Below are positions 50,800 through 60,107 of a stretch of DNA of 64,000 nucleotides, piece after piece. The DNA lies in the NCBI GenBank assembly GCA_046045965.1, contig JBJOKS010000022.1:49224-113223 (forward strand), written 5' to 3'. Position numbers and translations under genes: made by a program. The notes below the pieces were generated by a model, which saw only the letters and a program-made list of their open reading frames with translations, was not told the origin of the DNA and ran no database searches. The first letter of the stretch is position 1; every line of letters begins with the position of its first letter. Origin of the DNA: Cyanobacteriota bacterium. Its GTDB lineage: Bacteria; Cyanobacteriota; Cyanobacteriia; Cyanobacteriales; Nostocaceae.

Positions 50800-53700
50800 A
50801 TGTTAATGCTACAGTACCCGCTTTATGACTTTCTAGCAACCGTACCCAGCTGCTCAGAAACAAGTACTCTGGCAGTGGTGCTGGAGATTTTGGAGAAAGA
50901 GCAGTGCGATCGCTTGGTAGTGGTAAATCAACAACAATGTCCCATAGGATTATTGTATTCTGCCCGTTTAATTCCAAAATTATTAGCAGCAGCTAGTGGT
51001 GAAACGTTTTTAAATCTACAACAGCCAATCTCTACTTTGAGTCCAAGTCTGATTTTGCCAATACAGACCATACCCGCTTCTGAACCTCTGGATAAATTAA
51101 GTTTGTTTTTACGTTACCAACAAAACCAAAAAAATAGAAATTTAGATTGGGCGTTGATTGACTCAGATGGTAGATTTGTGGGTCTGCTGGATAACATACG
51201 TCTACTAAGCTTTTTCGCTAGGAATAAAGTCACAATTGCCTCTCACGTTACCGTGATGACGGAGAATAAAACCAGGGTAAAAACTCGCTCCTATCAGCAA
51301 AAACATCATCAGCAACTCAAACAGAACCCGTTAGTGCAGTTGCTGGAAAGACTACCTTGGCCTTTAATGTTGCAAACAAGTAGCGGCGAAGTGCTAACAC
51401 AAAATCCAGCTTGGTGGCAACAATTGGGAGTTTTGAAAGATCCTGAAGGCATCAGACAACAGGTAGAAAGTATCTTGTCTCCTGTCAGCTGTAAAGACTC
51501 AGAGTACGTCAATCAACAAACTCTCAAGGTTAATCCTCATATTACCAGGGGTGAAAGGGAAGATCCATGTGCGGGGATGAAACGGCATCCGGGGAGTAAT
51601 AATTTGCCCCCAACTACTCAAGCACCTCCGACTCAAGCACCTCACTCAGCATCAGTTTTAACCATGATGCAGGAAGCACAAGGAAGAGCAAATGCTACTT
51701 CCAGTTACTGCTATTTGGATGCTCAACAGGGTACTTGTACTTGTGTTGTGGAAGTGCAGAATGGTCAAGAGCGAATTTGGCAGTTTGCGAAAATCCCTTT
51801 AGATAGTCCTGAGTTAAAAATCTGGAGTGGTGATTCAGAAGTTATTCTCTCAAATGAGAATTCAGAACTATTAACTAATGATCTATGGTTGGTTTTAGCT
51901 ACTGATGTCACTGAACAGCAACAACTTTTCAAGGAACTGGCAGCTAAAAATGCTGATTTGATTCAACTCAACCGGTTAAAAGATGAGTTTTTGGCTTGTA
52001 TTAGCCATGAATTGAAAACGCCATTAACAGCCGTTTTAGGCTTGTCAAGATTATTGGTAGATCAACAATTAGGAGAACTCAACGAGAGACAAGCACGTTA
52101 TGCAGGTTTAATTCATCAAAGTGGCCGCCATTTGATGAGTGTGGTTAATGATATTTTGGATTTGACTCGGATGGAAACGGGACAGATGGAACTGACTCCA
52201 TCGCCGGTACAAATTCGGGAAGTGTGCGATCGCGCTTTATCAGAAGCAAAAACCCTCAACAGTCAACCTAGCAAAGCCACCCAGTCATCATCTGATCACC
52301 AATTTAGCCTCACCATTGAACCAGGTTTAGAGCAGATAGTAGCAGATGAATTACGCTTGCGGCAAATGCTGGTACACTTACTTTCCAATGCCTTTAAATT
52401 CACTGAAACTTCTGGAGAAATTGGACTGCGAGTAAATCGCTGGGAAGGGTGGATTGCTTTTACAGTTTGGGATACAGGTATTGGTATTCCTGAACATCAA
52501 CAACATTTAATCTTTCAAAAATTCCAACAGTTGGAAAATCCCTTAACGCGTCAATTTGAAGGTACTGGTTTGGGGCTAGTATTAACTAGGGCTTTAGCTC
52601 GATTACATGGTGGAGATGTGAGCTTTTTGTCCAGTGAAGGTAAAGGTAGCCAGTTTACATTGTTATTACCACCTTCTCCTCCCAAAACCAGCTTTTCTGA
52701 ATCAGAGGGGGGAAATTCCGAATCTCCTCAACCAATTTCTTCTCAACGTTTAATATTAGTAGTTGAGGCAGTAGCTCAATATATTGAAGACCTCACCCAA
52801 CATCTTAAAGGTTTAGGTTATCGGGTGGTAATTGCGCGTTCGGGGACAGAAGCATTAGAAAAAGCTCGTCGCTTGCAACCAAAAACTATATTTTTGAATC
52901 CGTTACTTCCCTTACTCTCTGGTTGGGATGTGCTGACTTTACTAAAATCTGATAGTGCGACTCGCCATATTCCTGTGATTGTTACAGCTACGGGGGCAGA
53001 AAAGGAACAGGCTTATGCTAACAGAGCTGATGATTTCTTGAGTTTACCGGTAGAACATCAAGCTTTAGTACCTCTTCTAGAAAGATTCTGTGCTGCACCA
53101 GAAGTTGAGCAAACAGGTTTAGAAAATAACGATATTGCACTAACGAAAACTCCACTGCGGATTTTGCGGTTGGTGAATCCAGAATTAGAGTCTGTTAATC
53201 CCCAACCCTCTCTGCGCGAACATCGAGTTATTGAAGTTGATGATTTGGATCAAGCCGAACTTTTAGCACGGGTGTGGCAGTTTGATGTAATTCTGTTGGA
53301 TGTTGACACTGCTATAGCCCAAGATTATCTGCACAAGTTGACTAAGTACCAACGGTTGGCAAATTTACCTTTGGTAACTTGTGATGTAGCCACTACCTTG
53401 GCAGCTTCCCGAATACCAGGATTAGGTGTATTTCCTTGCTTAACGCCTTTAGGTAGGGAAAGTCCGCGTGGCAAAGGCAAACCAGATCCTTTATTATCAG
53501 TGTTACAAATTGCTTCTGGTATTGGCTGTCCTCCTAATATTTTAGTGGTAGATGTGACGATGTTGCGTGATTTGCCACAGGCAAAACGTCAGTCATCTCA
53601 TGGTTATCAGTTAGATAGAAAATCTTCTCTACAAGATGTTGCCCAAACACTCACAAATGATTATGAAGGTGGTGATTCTTCACCGAATCCTGAACGTGGT

Positions 53701-54108
53701 TCTGAGTGGTTTCAAGCTTTAATTCAGTATTTACAAACTGCTGGTTTTAAAGCAGCTATGGGCAACTGTTGGGCAGAAGTTTTGCAACAAATTCGCCACC
53801 AAAGTGTTGATTTATTACTAATTTGTTTGGGAGAATCTGCCTATGATCAAGAAGTACAAAAAGCGTTAAAAGATTTGTCTGATTTACAGTTTAATTTACC
53901 CCCAATTTTGGTACTTAGTAGAAGAGATAAAAGATTAGATGAGGTTTCAGAAATGGGGCAAACCAAAACTAATGAATATCAAGCGGGGGAAAATTTAGTT
54001 GGTGAGTTAGGGAAACTAACCGCAGGTATATCTACCAAAATATTACCTCGTTCTATTTCTATGGAGGATTTATTAATTCAGATTAATCAAGCTTTAGAAA
54101 AAGGATGA
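50800..54108 (+). CDS. Hybrid sensor histidine kinase (CBS-like N-terminus, HisKA, HATPase, receiver-like domains)
   Basis: ISHELKTPL, NAFKFT, DTGIGI, GTGLGL; start uncertain (50707-50806). Confidence 0.9.
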   Translation: MLMLQYPLYDFLATVPSCSETSTLAVVLEILEKEQCDRLVVVNQQQCPIGLLYSARLIPKLLAAASGETFLNLQQPISTLSPSLILPIQTIPASEPLDKLSLFLRYQQNQKNRNLDWALIDSDGRFVGLLDNIRLLSFFARNKVTIASHVTVMTENKTRVKTRSYQQKHHQQLKQNPLVQLLERLPWPLMLQTSSGEVLTQNPAWWQQLGVLKDPEGIRQQVESILSPVSCKDSEYVNQQTLKVNPHITRGEREDPCAGMKRHPGSNNLPPTTQAPPTQAPHSASVLTMMQEAQGRANATSSYCYLDAQQGTCTCVVEVQNGQERIWQFAKIPLDSPELKIWSGDSEVILSNENSELLTNDLWLVLATDVTEQQQLFKELAAKNADLIQLNRLKDEFLACISHELKTPLTAVLGLSRLLVDQQLGELNERQARYAGLIHQSGRHLMSVVNDILDLTRMETGQMELTPSPVQIREVCDRALSEAKTLNSQPSKATQSSSDHQFSLTIEPGLEQIVADELRLRQMLVHLLSNAFKFTETSGEIGLRVNRWEGWIAFTVWDTGIGIPEHQQHLIFQKFQQLENPLTRQFEGTGLGLVLTRALARLHGGDVSFLSSEGKGSQFTLLLPPSPPKTSFSESEGGNSESPQPISSQRLILVVEAVAQYIEDLTQHLKGLGYRVVIARSGTEALEKARRLQPKTIFLNPLLPLLSGWDVLTLLKSDSATRHIPVIVTATGAEKEQAYANRADDFLSLPVEHQALVPLLERFCAAPEVEQTGLENNDIALTKTPLRILRLVNPELESVNPQPSLREHRVIEVDDLDQAELLARVWQFDVILLDVDTAIAQDYLHKLTKYQRLANLPLVTCDVATTLAASRIPGLGVFPCLTPLGRESPRGKGKPDPLLSVLQIASGIGCPPNILVVDVTMLRDLPQAKRQSSHGYQLDRKSSLQDVAQTLTNDYEGGDSSPNPERGSEWFQALIQYLQTAGFKAAMGNCWAEVLQQIRHQSVDLLLICLGESAYDQEVQKALKDLSDLQFNLPPILVLSRRDKRLDEVSEMGQTKTNEYQAGENLVGELGKLTAGISTKILPRSISMEDLLIQINQALEKG

Positions 54109-54193
54109 TTGGGGACTGGGGAGAATTAAGTCAAAAATCAAAAATTCTGTTCCCTGTTCCCTGTTCCCTGTTCCCTTCTTTCCCAATTACCAA

Positions 54194-56020
54194 TTATGAA
54201 ATGTCCATCTTTTCTTTTTGTTCTTGTTTAAGTCGTTGAAAGGGTATGCGAATCAGATGATAAGCTCCTTTGGTGGCAATATTTTTGTAATCATCTGGTG
54301 GTAAGTCCATTTCCAGCAACTTTTTCTGCTCGGCTAAAAGTAGTAGTGATGGTGGATCTGTTTTTTTAGCGGCTTGACTGTGAATATAATCTAAAGCTTC
54401 TTGGGAAAACTTCAGGTAATTGACAGTTTTTTGAGAGTAGAAAGTTACTGTTGGCTTTTTGAAACCCACCATGACTAATTCTTCATTGGGTTGTTTTTCT
54501 TGGACTGCAAGCACAGATAATTGTCTTAAAGGTAGCTGACGCTGTGCATCCATTAAAAACAAAGCTGGCATTAAAACAATAGCTAAAAAAGCTACAAATG
54601 CCAAGACATTAATAGCGATGATGGGACGAAAACGATGAGTCAATATTAAAGCGGCGAGAATAATAGCAGCAACCAGCCAAATTATCCCCCCCAGTTTTGT
54701 TAAACCTGAATTTTGTATTTGTTGATAAAGTTCAGGTGCGGCGGGATCTGTGCCTACTAATTTGAAGAGGTTAAATAATCCTACTGCTATGGTTGATAAC
54801 AAGGCAACATTTACCCAACTGCTGATGCGGAAAGATTTAAAAGATTGATTAGTTTGGGTGTGGGAAAAAAGGTCACTCCAGAATAAGGCCACCAGAATAG
54901 CTGCTGCTGGCATTAAAGGTAATACATAACTGGGAAGTTTGGTGACAGCGATGGTGAAAAAGCCAAATACACCCAAAAACCAAAAACTGGCAAATAAACC
55001 TAAGTGTTGAGAACGTTCTTGGTTAATGATGTGCTGACGCTGCCAGAATTTTAACCTAGTTATCGAGGCAGGGATAAAAACTGAATATGGTGCAAAACCC
55101 AATAACACAACTAAAAAGTAAAAATACCAAGGGGCTGAGTGACCGTTAACAACGTCTGTAAACCGTTCTATGTTGTGATAGCCAAAAAAGGCATTAATGA
55201 AATTCCAGCCATTGCGCCAAGTCACCAAGGCATACCAGGGAGCAGATATCAGGAATACTAGGAATAGTCCCAAAATCAGACGCATTTCTCGCCACAGTTC
55301 CCAGAATTTGCCTAAGTACAAGCCAAAGGCGATCATGATCAGTGCTGGTAAAACTATTCCCACTGGTCCTTTGGTTAAAATTGCTCCAGCCATCAGCACG
55401 TAAGAGGCCAGATACCATTTATTGGGAAAGCGGGAAGGGGCGGAATTTTGAGCGTATCCCAAAAAGAAACACAGCAAAGCAGAGGCGATACAACCGGTCA
55501 GTAACATATCAGAAACGCCGACTCTCCCCCAAACTATCATTTCTGGGTTGAGTGCCATTAAAGCTGATGCTACAGCGGCTGTTAAGTAACGACGTGTAGG
55601 ATTTGCAACTTGTTCTAATTCATCTTTTTTGGCAAAATGCCACTGCACAACGTAAAATGCTAAAGCTGTGACACCAGTTGCGGCTAATGCTGAGGGTATG
55701 CGTGCTGCCCATTCGTTTACGCCCATAATGGCGTAGGCGATCGCTTGACACCAATAGATTAACGCTGGTTTGTCAAACCGAGTTTCACCATTAAAAAAAG
55801 GTGTGATCCAGTCACCTGTAACTAGCATTTGTCGGGAAGCTTCGGCAAATAATGGCTCAGTTTCGTCAATTAAGCCAATATTTCCTAAATTCCAGCCAAA
55901 AGCTATAAAGTTAATCAACAGCAACCAGACAATGGCGATGGTAACAGCAAGGGCTGGACGTTGTTCTATGTTTTTAAACCATTGGTCAACAGGTCCGGTA
56001 ACGCTCAATTTTAGCTTCAT
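54194..56020 (-). CDS. ArnT/PMT (GT39/GT83-like) membrane glycosyltransferase
   Basis: DETEP.FAEASRQM..GDWITP, FDKPAL, TKGPVG, TKLPSYVLP. Confidence 0.88.
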   Translation of the reverse strand: MKLKLSVTGPVDQWFKNIEQRPALAVTIAIVWLLLINFIAFGWNLGNIGLIDETEPLFAEASRQMLVTGDWITPFFNGETRFDKPALIYWCQAIAYAIMGVNEWAARIPSALAATGVTALAFYVVQWHFAKKDELEQVANPTRRYLTAAVASALMALNPEMIVWGRVGVSDMLLTGCIASALLCFFLGYAQNSAPSRFPNKWYLASYVLMAGAILTKGPVGIVLPALIMIAFGLYLGKFWELWREMRLILGLFLVFLISAPWYALVTWRNGWNFINAFFGYHNIERFTDVVNGHSAPWYFYFLVVLLGFAPYSVFIPASITRLKFWQRQHIINQERSQHLGLFASFWFLGVFGFFTIAVTKLPSYVLPLMPAAAILVALFWSDLFSHTQTNQSFKSFRISSWVNVALLSTIAVGLFNLFKLVGTDPAAPELYQQIQNSGLTKLGGIIWLVAAIILAALILTHRFRPIIAINVLAFVAFLAIVLMPALFLMDAQRQLPLRQLSVLAVQEKQPNEELVMVGFKKPTVTFYSQKTVNYLKFSQEALDYIHSQAAKKTDPPSLLLLAEQKKLLEMDLPPDDYKNIATKGAYHLIRIPFQRLKQEQKEKMDIS

Positions 56021-56200
56021 AAATCCATATTCACAGACACGGTGAATTGTGTCTTTCACTTAAACACAATAATTCAAAAGTCGTTGCTTGGTGCGATTTT
56101 GTTCTCACAGAAGGTAGGGTGTGGGATGTAGGAGAACAATTCTGGAAAGCGGCTCAAGCATTTGTATAAAATCTATATTGATTTATATATACCCTACAAC

Positions 56201-56749
56201 ATGAAACGTTTTTCTTTATTGGCTGTGCCATTGGTAACTTTCAGCTTGTTGCTGTGCCATGCAATGAATGCTAATAAAAGTCTATCCCAACCTGCTGCTA
56301 TTGATTTGGTGAATGCTATTCCTGATGGTAACCATCGGTTTTGTAGTCAACAACCGAAAACAACTAATGTAGCTCCTCCAGATGCTATCATTGGCAATTG
56401 CTTTTTGTTTCGCAAAACAGGAAATCAGGTTGTGGGAGCTTATTATGATACTAGGACTTTAGGGGAAGAAAGTTTGTGTTTACAGGGAAGATTGAGCGAT
56501 CGCTTAGTCGGTGAAGGTTTAGAATTAATTGGTGGTATTGGCCGTCAAAGTATACCAGCTAAAGCAGAAGGTTCGGATCTAGTAAATTGGGATCAAGAGG
56601 GTATTCTCAAAGTTAGCAACGCAGTCCGTTTTGGTAAGCGTACTCTAGCTGGTCAACAGATACGTTACCGTCAAGCTATCTTAGATTTGAAGCAGCTTTA
56701 TCGCTACAATTTGGGCAATAAACTACCGCCTACACGCTGTATTCGGTAA
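56201..56749 (+). CDS. Secreted hypothetical protein
   Basis: MKRFSLL signal peptide; Cys-containing mature region. Confidence 0.7.
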   Translation: MKRFSLLAVPLVTFSLLLCHAMNANKSLSQPAAIDLVNAIPDGNHRFCSQQPKTTNVAPPDAIIGNCFLFRKTGNQVVGAYYDTRTLGEESLCLQGRLSDRLVGEGLELIGGIGRQSIPAKAEGSDLVNWDQEGILKVSNAVRFGKRTLAGQQIRYRQAILDLKQLYRYNLGNKLPPTRCIR

Positions 56750-57055
56750 CTCACGTATAACCCACATTCGCACCTAAACTGTCACAAAGGGAAATTACGG
56801 GGAGAAAAAATCCAAGTAAGAATAAAAACAAACATATTGAGTGAAAAAAAGGCATTTGAGAAACAGTAAATCACCAAAAACGGTTGAAAAGTAAATTTTT
56901 AGTCAACATTTTATTAAATTTTGTATTATTTACTCCTTAAAAAGACCTCATAGGATTGCTATACGGATAAAATACTGTGGAATATACATTTGACAGTCAA
57001 TTTAGTCGTATTCCCCGATAAATTTGGAATGTAAAAAACCAGGAGGAAATTTCCG

Positions 57056-57781
57056 ATGAAACTCTTCGAGGGTAAACTTTATGCCTCCGCGCCAGTTTTA
57101 TTGACACTTTGCCTAGTAGGCTGGGTTCCGGAAGCTCAAGCCCAGCTGGTGCTGGATGTGAACCCCGGCGGCACCCAAGTACCCTGTGGTAGCTGTGGCA
57201 ACATAAGCGGAAGAACGGTTGGTTGGAGTTTCGGTGTTACCAATAGTTTTACCGTGGATGGCATCGGCGTATGGGACTCTGGCTCGGATGGAATAGGTAC
57301 TTCACCCATACAAGCGGGGCTATGGAGAAGCGACGGCACATTGCTGGCGAGTGTCTTGATTTCTAACAGTAGTACGCCGGTTGCATCGGCAAGCACTAGC
57401 GGTCAGTGGCTATTCGAGGATATTTCACAACTGACCCTGACTCCTGGTAACTACCTGATAGGCTCGATATTTTTCAACTCGACTCCGCTCGCAAATATCG
57501 GTTCAGTCACTACTATTCCCGATATTACGGTTATAGCTGGTGCCATAGGAGGGAGCGGTGCCGATACAGGCTTTCAAGCACCGACAAATTCATTTGGCAC
57601 TGTGATTTACGGACCCACCCTACGCCAAGCCAGTGGAGCCACCCCCGTACCCTTTGACATCCCTGGTGGTGCAACCATCCCCACAGTGGGTTCTCTTTTT
57701 GCCCTAACACTGATGAGAAAAGCAAAAAAGAGAATGGCATTAAAAACCAGTATTACCAGTTCTGTAGAGAAGGCAATTTAA
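57056..57781 (+). CDS. Secreted protein with DUF4082-like domain and PEP-CTERM-like VPFDIPGG tail
   Basis: SD AGGAGG; signal ending AQA; TVGWSF..V.GIGVWD..DG..GLW; tail PVPFDIPGGATIPTVGSLFALTLMRKAKKR. Confidence 0.78.
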   Translation: MKLFEGKLYASAPVLLTLCLVGWVPEAQAQLVLDVNPGGTQVPCGSCGNISGRTVGWSFGVTNSFTVDGIGVWDSGSDGIGTSPIQAGLWRSDGTLLASVLISNSSTPVASASTSGQWLFEDISQLTLTPGNYLIGSIFFNSTPLANIGSVTTIPDITVIAGAIGGSGADTGFQAPTNSFGTVIYGPTLRQASGATPVPFDIPGGATIPTVGSLFALTLMRKAKKRMALKTSITSSVEKAI

Positions 57782-57813
57782 TGAATTTTGGTTGCTCCTG
57801 ATATTTACTGTTG

Positions 57814-57843
57814 AAAGCTACCAGTAATTATTTGGTAGCTTTT
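57814..57843 (+). terminator. Intrinsic terminator-like hairpin
   Basis: AAAGCTACCA-GTAATTATT-TGGTAGCTTTT. Confidence 0.6.
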
Positions 57844-57902
57844 GCATGAGAACTAGAAAGGTGTTCTAGCAATCCTGACAACTTCCTGAATGTAAGCCGT
57901 AG

Positions 57903-58029
57903 TAAGCTGTAGGACATTTAACTTGCTTATTTTTGACCATAGAGAAAAACTGTAAATCCTTCTCCCTTGCACTCTGCTCCCTGCCCCCCTGCTTGCCTAA
58001 ATGTGCAAATTAAAGCGTTTACTGGTTTA
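57903..58029. mobile_element. Degenerate MITE-like element
   Basis: Imperfect TIRs TAAGCTGTAGGACATTTAACTTGC and GCAAATTAAAGCGTTTACTGGTTTA with internal CCCTGC repeats; a related end lies at about 6655-6678. Confidence 0.45.
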
Positions 58030-58094
58030 GTGGACTGAGGCTTGTTTGTTGTGAGTAGGGGAAGAAAAAATTTTTCATCCATTCACATTTATAA

Positions 58095-60107
58095 CTAAAT
58101 ACTGGTTTTAATTGACCGCTGACCACTATATTTATCTAACCATAATTGCACAGCAAATTTTAATTTGGCTCTTTCAGTTTCTGGAATACCTTGGGGATCA
58201 AAACGATAGCGATAATGAAGTTCTATCAATGATGATAATTCCTCAATTAAATCAGATGTAGGTATTTCCTTTTTTAGTCTCTCCATCCAATTCTTTAAAG
58301 ACTCTGAAGGCTGTCGTGTAAATCCTAATTCATTTAATGCTTTTTCTATTAAATAAAATTCTGAATCATTTTTAATGCTATCATATTTTTGACTTTCTGT
58401 AGATAATATCTTTTGATTAAATACCCGCTTGACCTTGTTTGGAGGTGCAGATTTAGCTATGATTATTAAAAACAAAGGCAGCAACAACCACCAAATATAT
58501 TTAAATAAACCACTATTTCTGATATTTCTCAACCAACGGGAAATTTGAAAACCTAAAAATGCCCATAAATCAGAAATTATTGAGAATTTAGAAACAGTTG
58601 CATTTTCAATATTTGTCCAGTCAGGAGGTGTGGTATCAAAAATTTGCCATTTATCATTTATATATACCATTGTCCAAGCGTGAGCATGACGACTGCGGAC
58701 AATATATTGCTTTTCTAATTTGCTATATTCATGTACAGAATAACCGACTGTATAACGAGCAGGAATACCTAAAGCACGTAAAATTAAAGTTGTTGCACTA
58801 GCGAAATATTCACAATGTCCAGAACGAGTTGTGAGTAAAAAGGTTGATAAAGGTGTAGAAGCATTGTCTTTACCTGTGAGTTGCAGTGAATAACGGTAAT
58901 TTTTTAATAAAAATGAGTTTAAAATCTTTAAAATTTCTTGAGGTGATTTTCTTTGAATATCTAATTTATTAACAATTTCATTTATTGCTGCTGCTTCTGC
59001 TGTAGGAATTTGTAAATCATCTGTTGTGGGTGGACTATCTAAAGAAATTTGATCATTAAATTTAACTTTGTAAGCGATGTCATTAACTTTTCCTGTAACT
59101 TTTACTGTTCCATATTTATTTTTCTCCATTTTGCTCACTGGTAAATCATTAATTTCCAATGTACCATTAGCCAATCTCAATATACCTTTACCATTATTTA
59201 GTGTCCCATAAATAGTGAGTTTTGAATTATGTTCTGTTTGATTTCCTAGCCGCCAAGTTGTATTATTACTATCAGGTTTAATGGTGGTAAAATCAGAACC
59301 TAATGCTATCCATAAAGAAGATTGATATTTGTTATAAGTTGCTTCTCTCAGCAGGATGGGAAAATCGCTTTTAGTCTCAGAAGCTACTCGAAAAACAATA
59401 TCATTAGACTGCTTTAAAACTCCAATTTCTCCCATACTTGTTTCTTTTTTGAAAGCATTTATTTCTTGTCCAATAGCATTGCTAAACCAAGCTACTACCT
59501 GATTTTCTAATTGTAGATGAAGTTGATGTAGTCCTATTTGTCCGATAAAGCCAATACTTCCCGCAGTTAGGAATAAACAAAGCCAAATAGCAGGTGAAAA
59601 TCTTGGAGAACGCACAAACCAAAGCGCAATAGCTGAAAGGAAAAACATCCCGATATAAAAAGATATATTTTCAGTATTAGCGTTACTAGCTGCTAAAATA
59701 CAAAGAGCAACATAAGGGTAACTTAAATTAATGCTGAACTGGTTTTTTTGTTCTCCTGTTTTTTCATCATTAAATATTAAAAACAGTGTGGTAAGATGGA
59801 TAGTATCATTGACAGCATAAACCTGAGCAGCTATCAAGGGAAAAAATACAATAGGTAGCCATTGTAAAAGAGTGTAAACTATATAAAAAGAACGGTTAGC
59901 AATCAATAGATAAATAGTCAAACCAACAAGGATAAGAAAGCATAAATTAGCAATACGCTTAATGTCATCATCAGAAAAATCCCAGCGTGACTGCACAAAC
60001 CGAGAACATTCTAAAATTATAGCTACAGGTATAGCAAAAATCCATATTCCAGTTTGCCAACCCCAAAAAATTAAAGCTGCACTAAGCAGAAACGGTGGTG
60101 TTTTCAT
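58095..60107 (-). CDS. Membrane transglutaminase-like protein (TgpA-like)
   Basis: GHCEYFAS, HAHAW and FDTTP triad motifs; N-terminal TM helices. Confidence 0.9.
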   Translation of the reverse strand: MKTPPFLLSAALIFWGWQTGIWIFAIPVAIILECSRFVQSRWDFSDDDIKRIANLCFLILVGLTIYLLIANRSFYIVYTLLQWLPIVFFPLIAAQVYAVNDTIHLTTLFLIFNDEKTGEQKNQFSINLSYPYVALCILAASNANTENISFYIGMFFLSAIALWFVRSPRFSPAIWLCLFLTAGSIGFIGQIGLHQLHLQLENQVVAWFSNAIGQEINAFKKETSMGEIGVLKQSNDIVFRVASETKSDFPILLREATYNKYQSSLWIALGSDFTTIKPDSNNTTWRLGNQTEHNSKLTIYGTLNNGKGILRLANGTLEINDLPVSKMEKNKYGTVKVTGKVNDIAYKVKFNDQISLDSPPTTDDLQIPTAEAAAINEIVNKLDIQRKSPQEILKILNSFLLKNYRYSLQLTGKDNASTPLSTFLLTTRSGHCEYFASATTLILRALGIPARYTVGYSVHEYSKLEKQYIVRSRHAHAWTMVYINDKWQIFDTTPPDWTNIENATVSKFSIISDLWAFLGFQISRWLRNIRNSGLFKYIWWLLLPLFLIIIAKSAPPNKVKRVFNQKILSTESQKYDSIKNDSEFYLIEKALNELGFTRQPSESLKNWMERLKKEIPTSDLIEELSSLIELHYRYRFDPQGIPETERAKLKFAVQLWLDKYSGQRSIKTSI

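Larger units (their letters stand above)
1036..56503. repeat. Dispersed HIP1 octamers (GCGATCGC), over 30 copies
   Basis: For example near 1036, 3318, 5224, 8104, 12449, 14020, 32641 and 56496. Confidence 0.95.
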
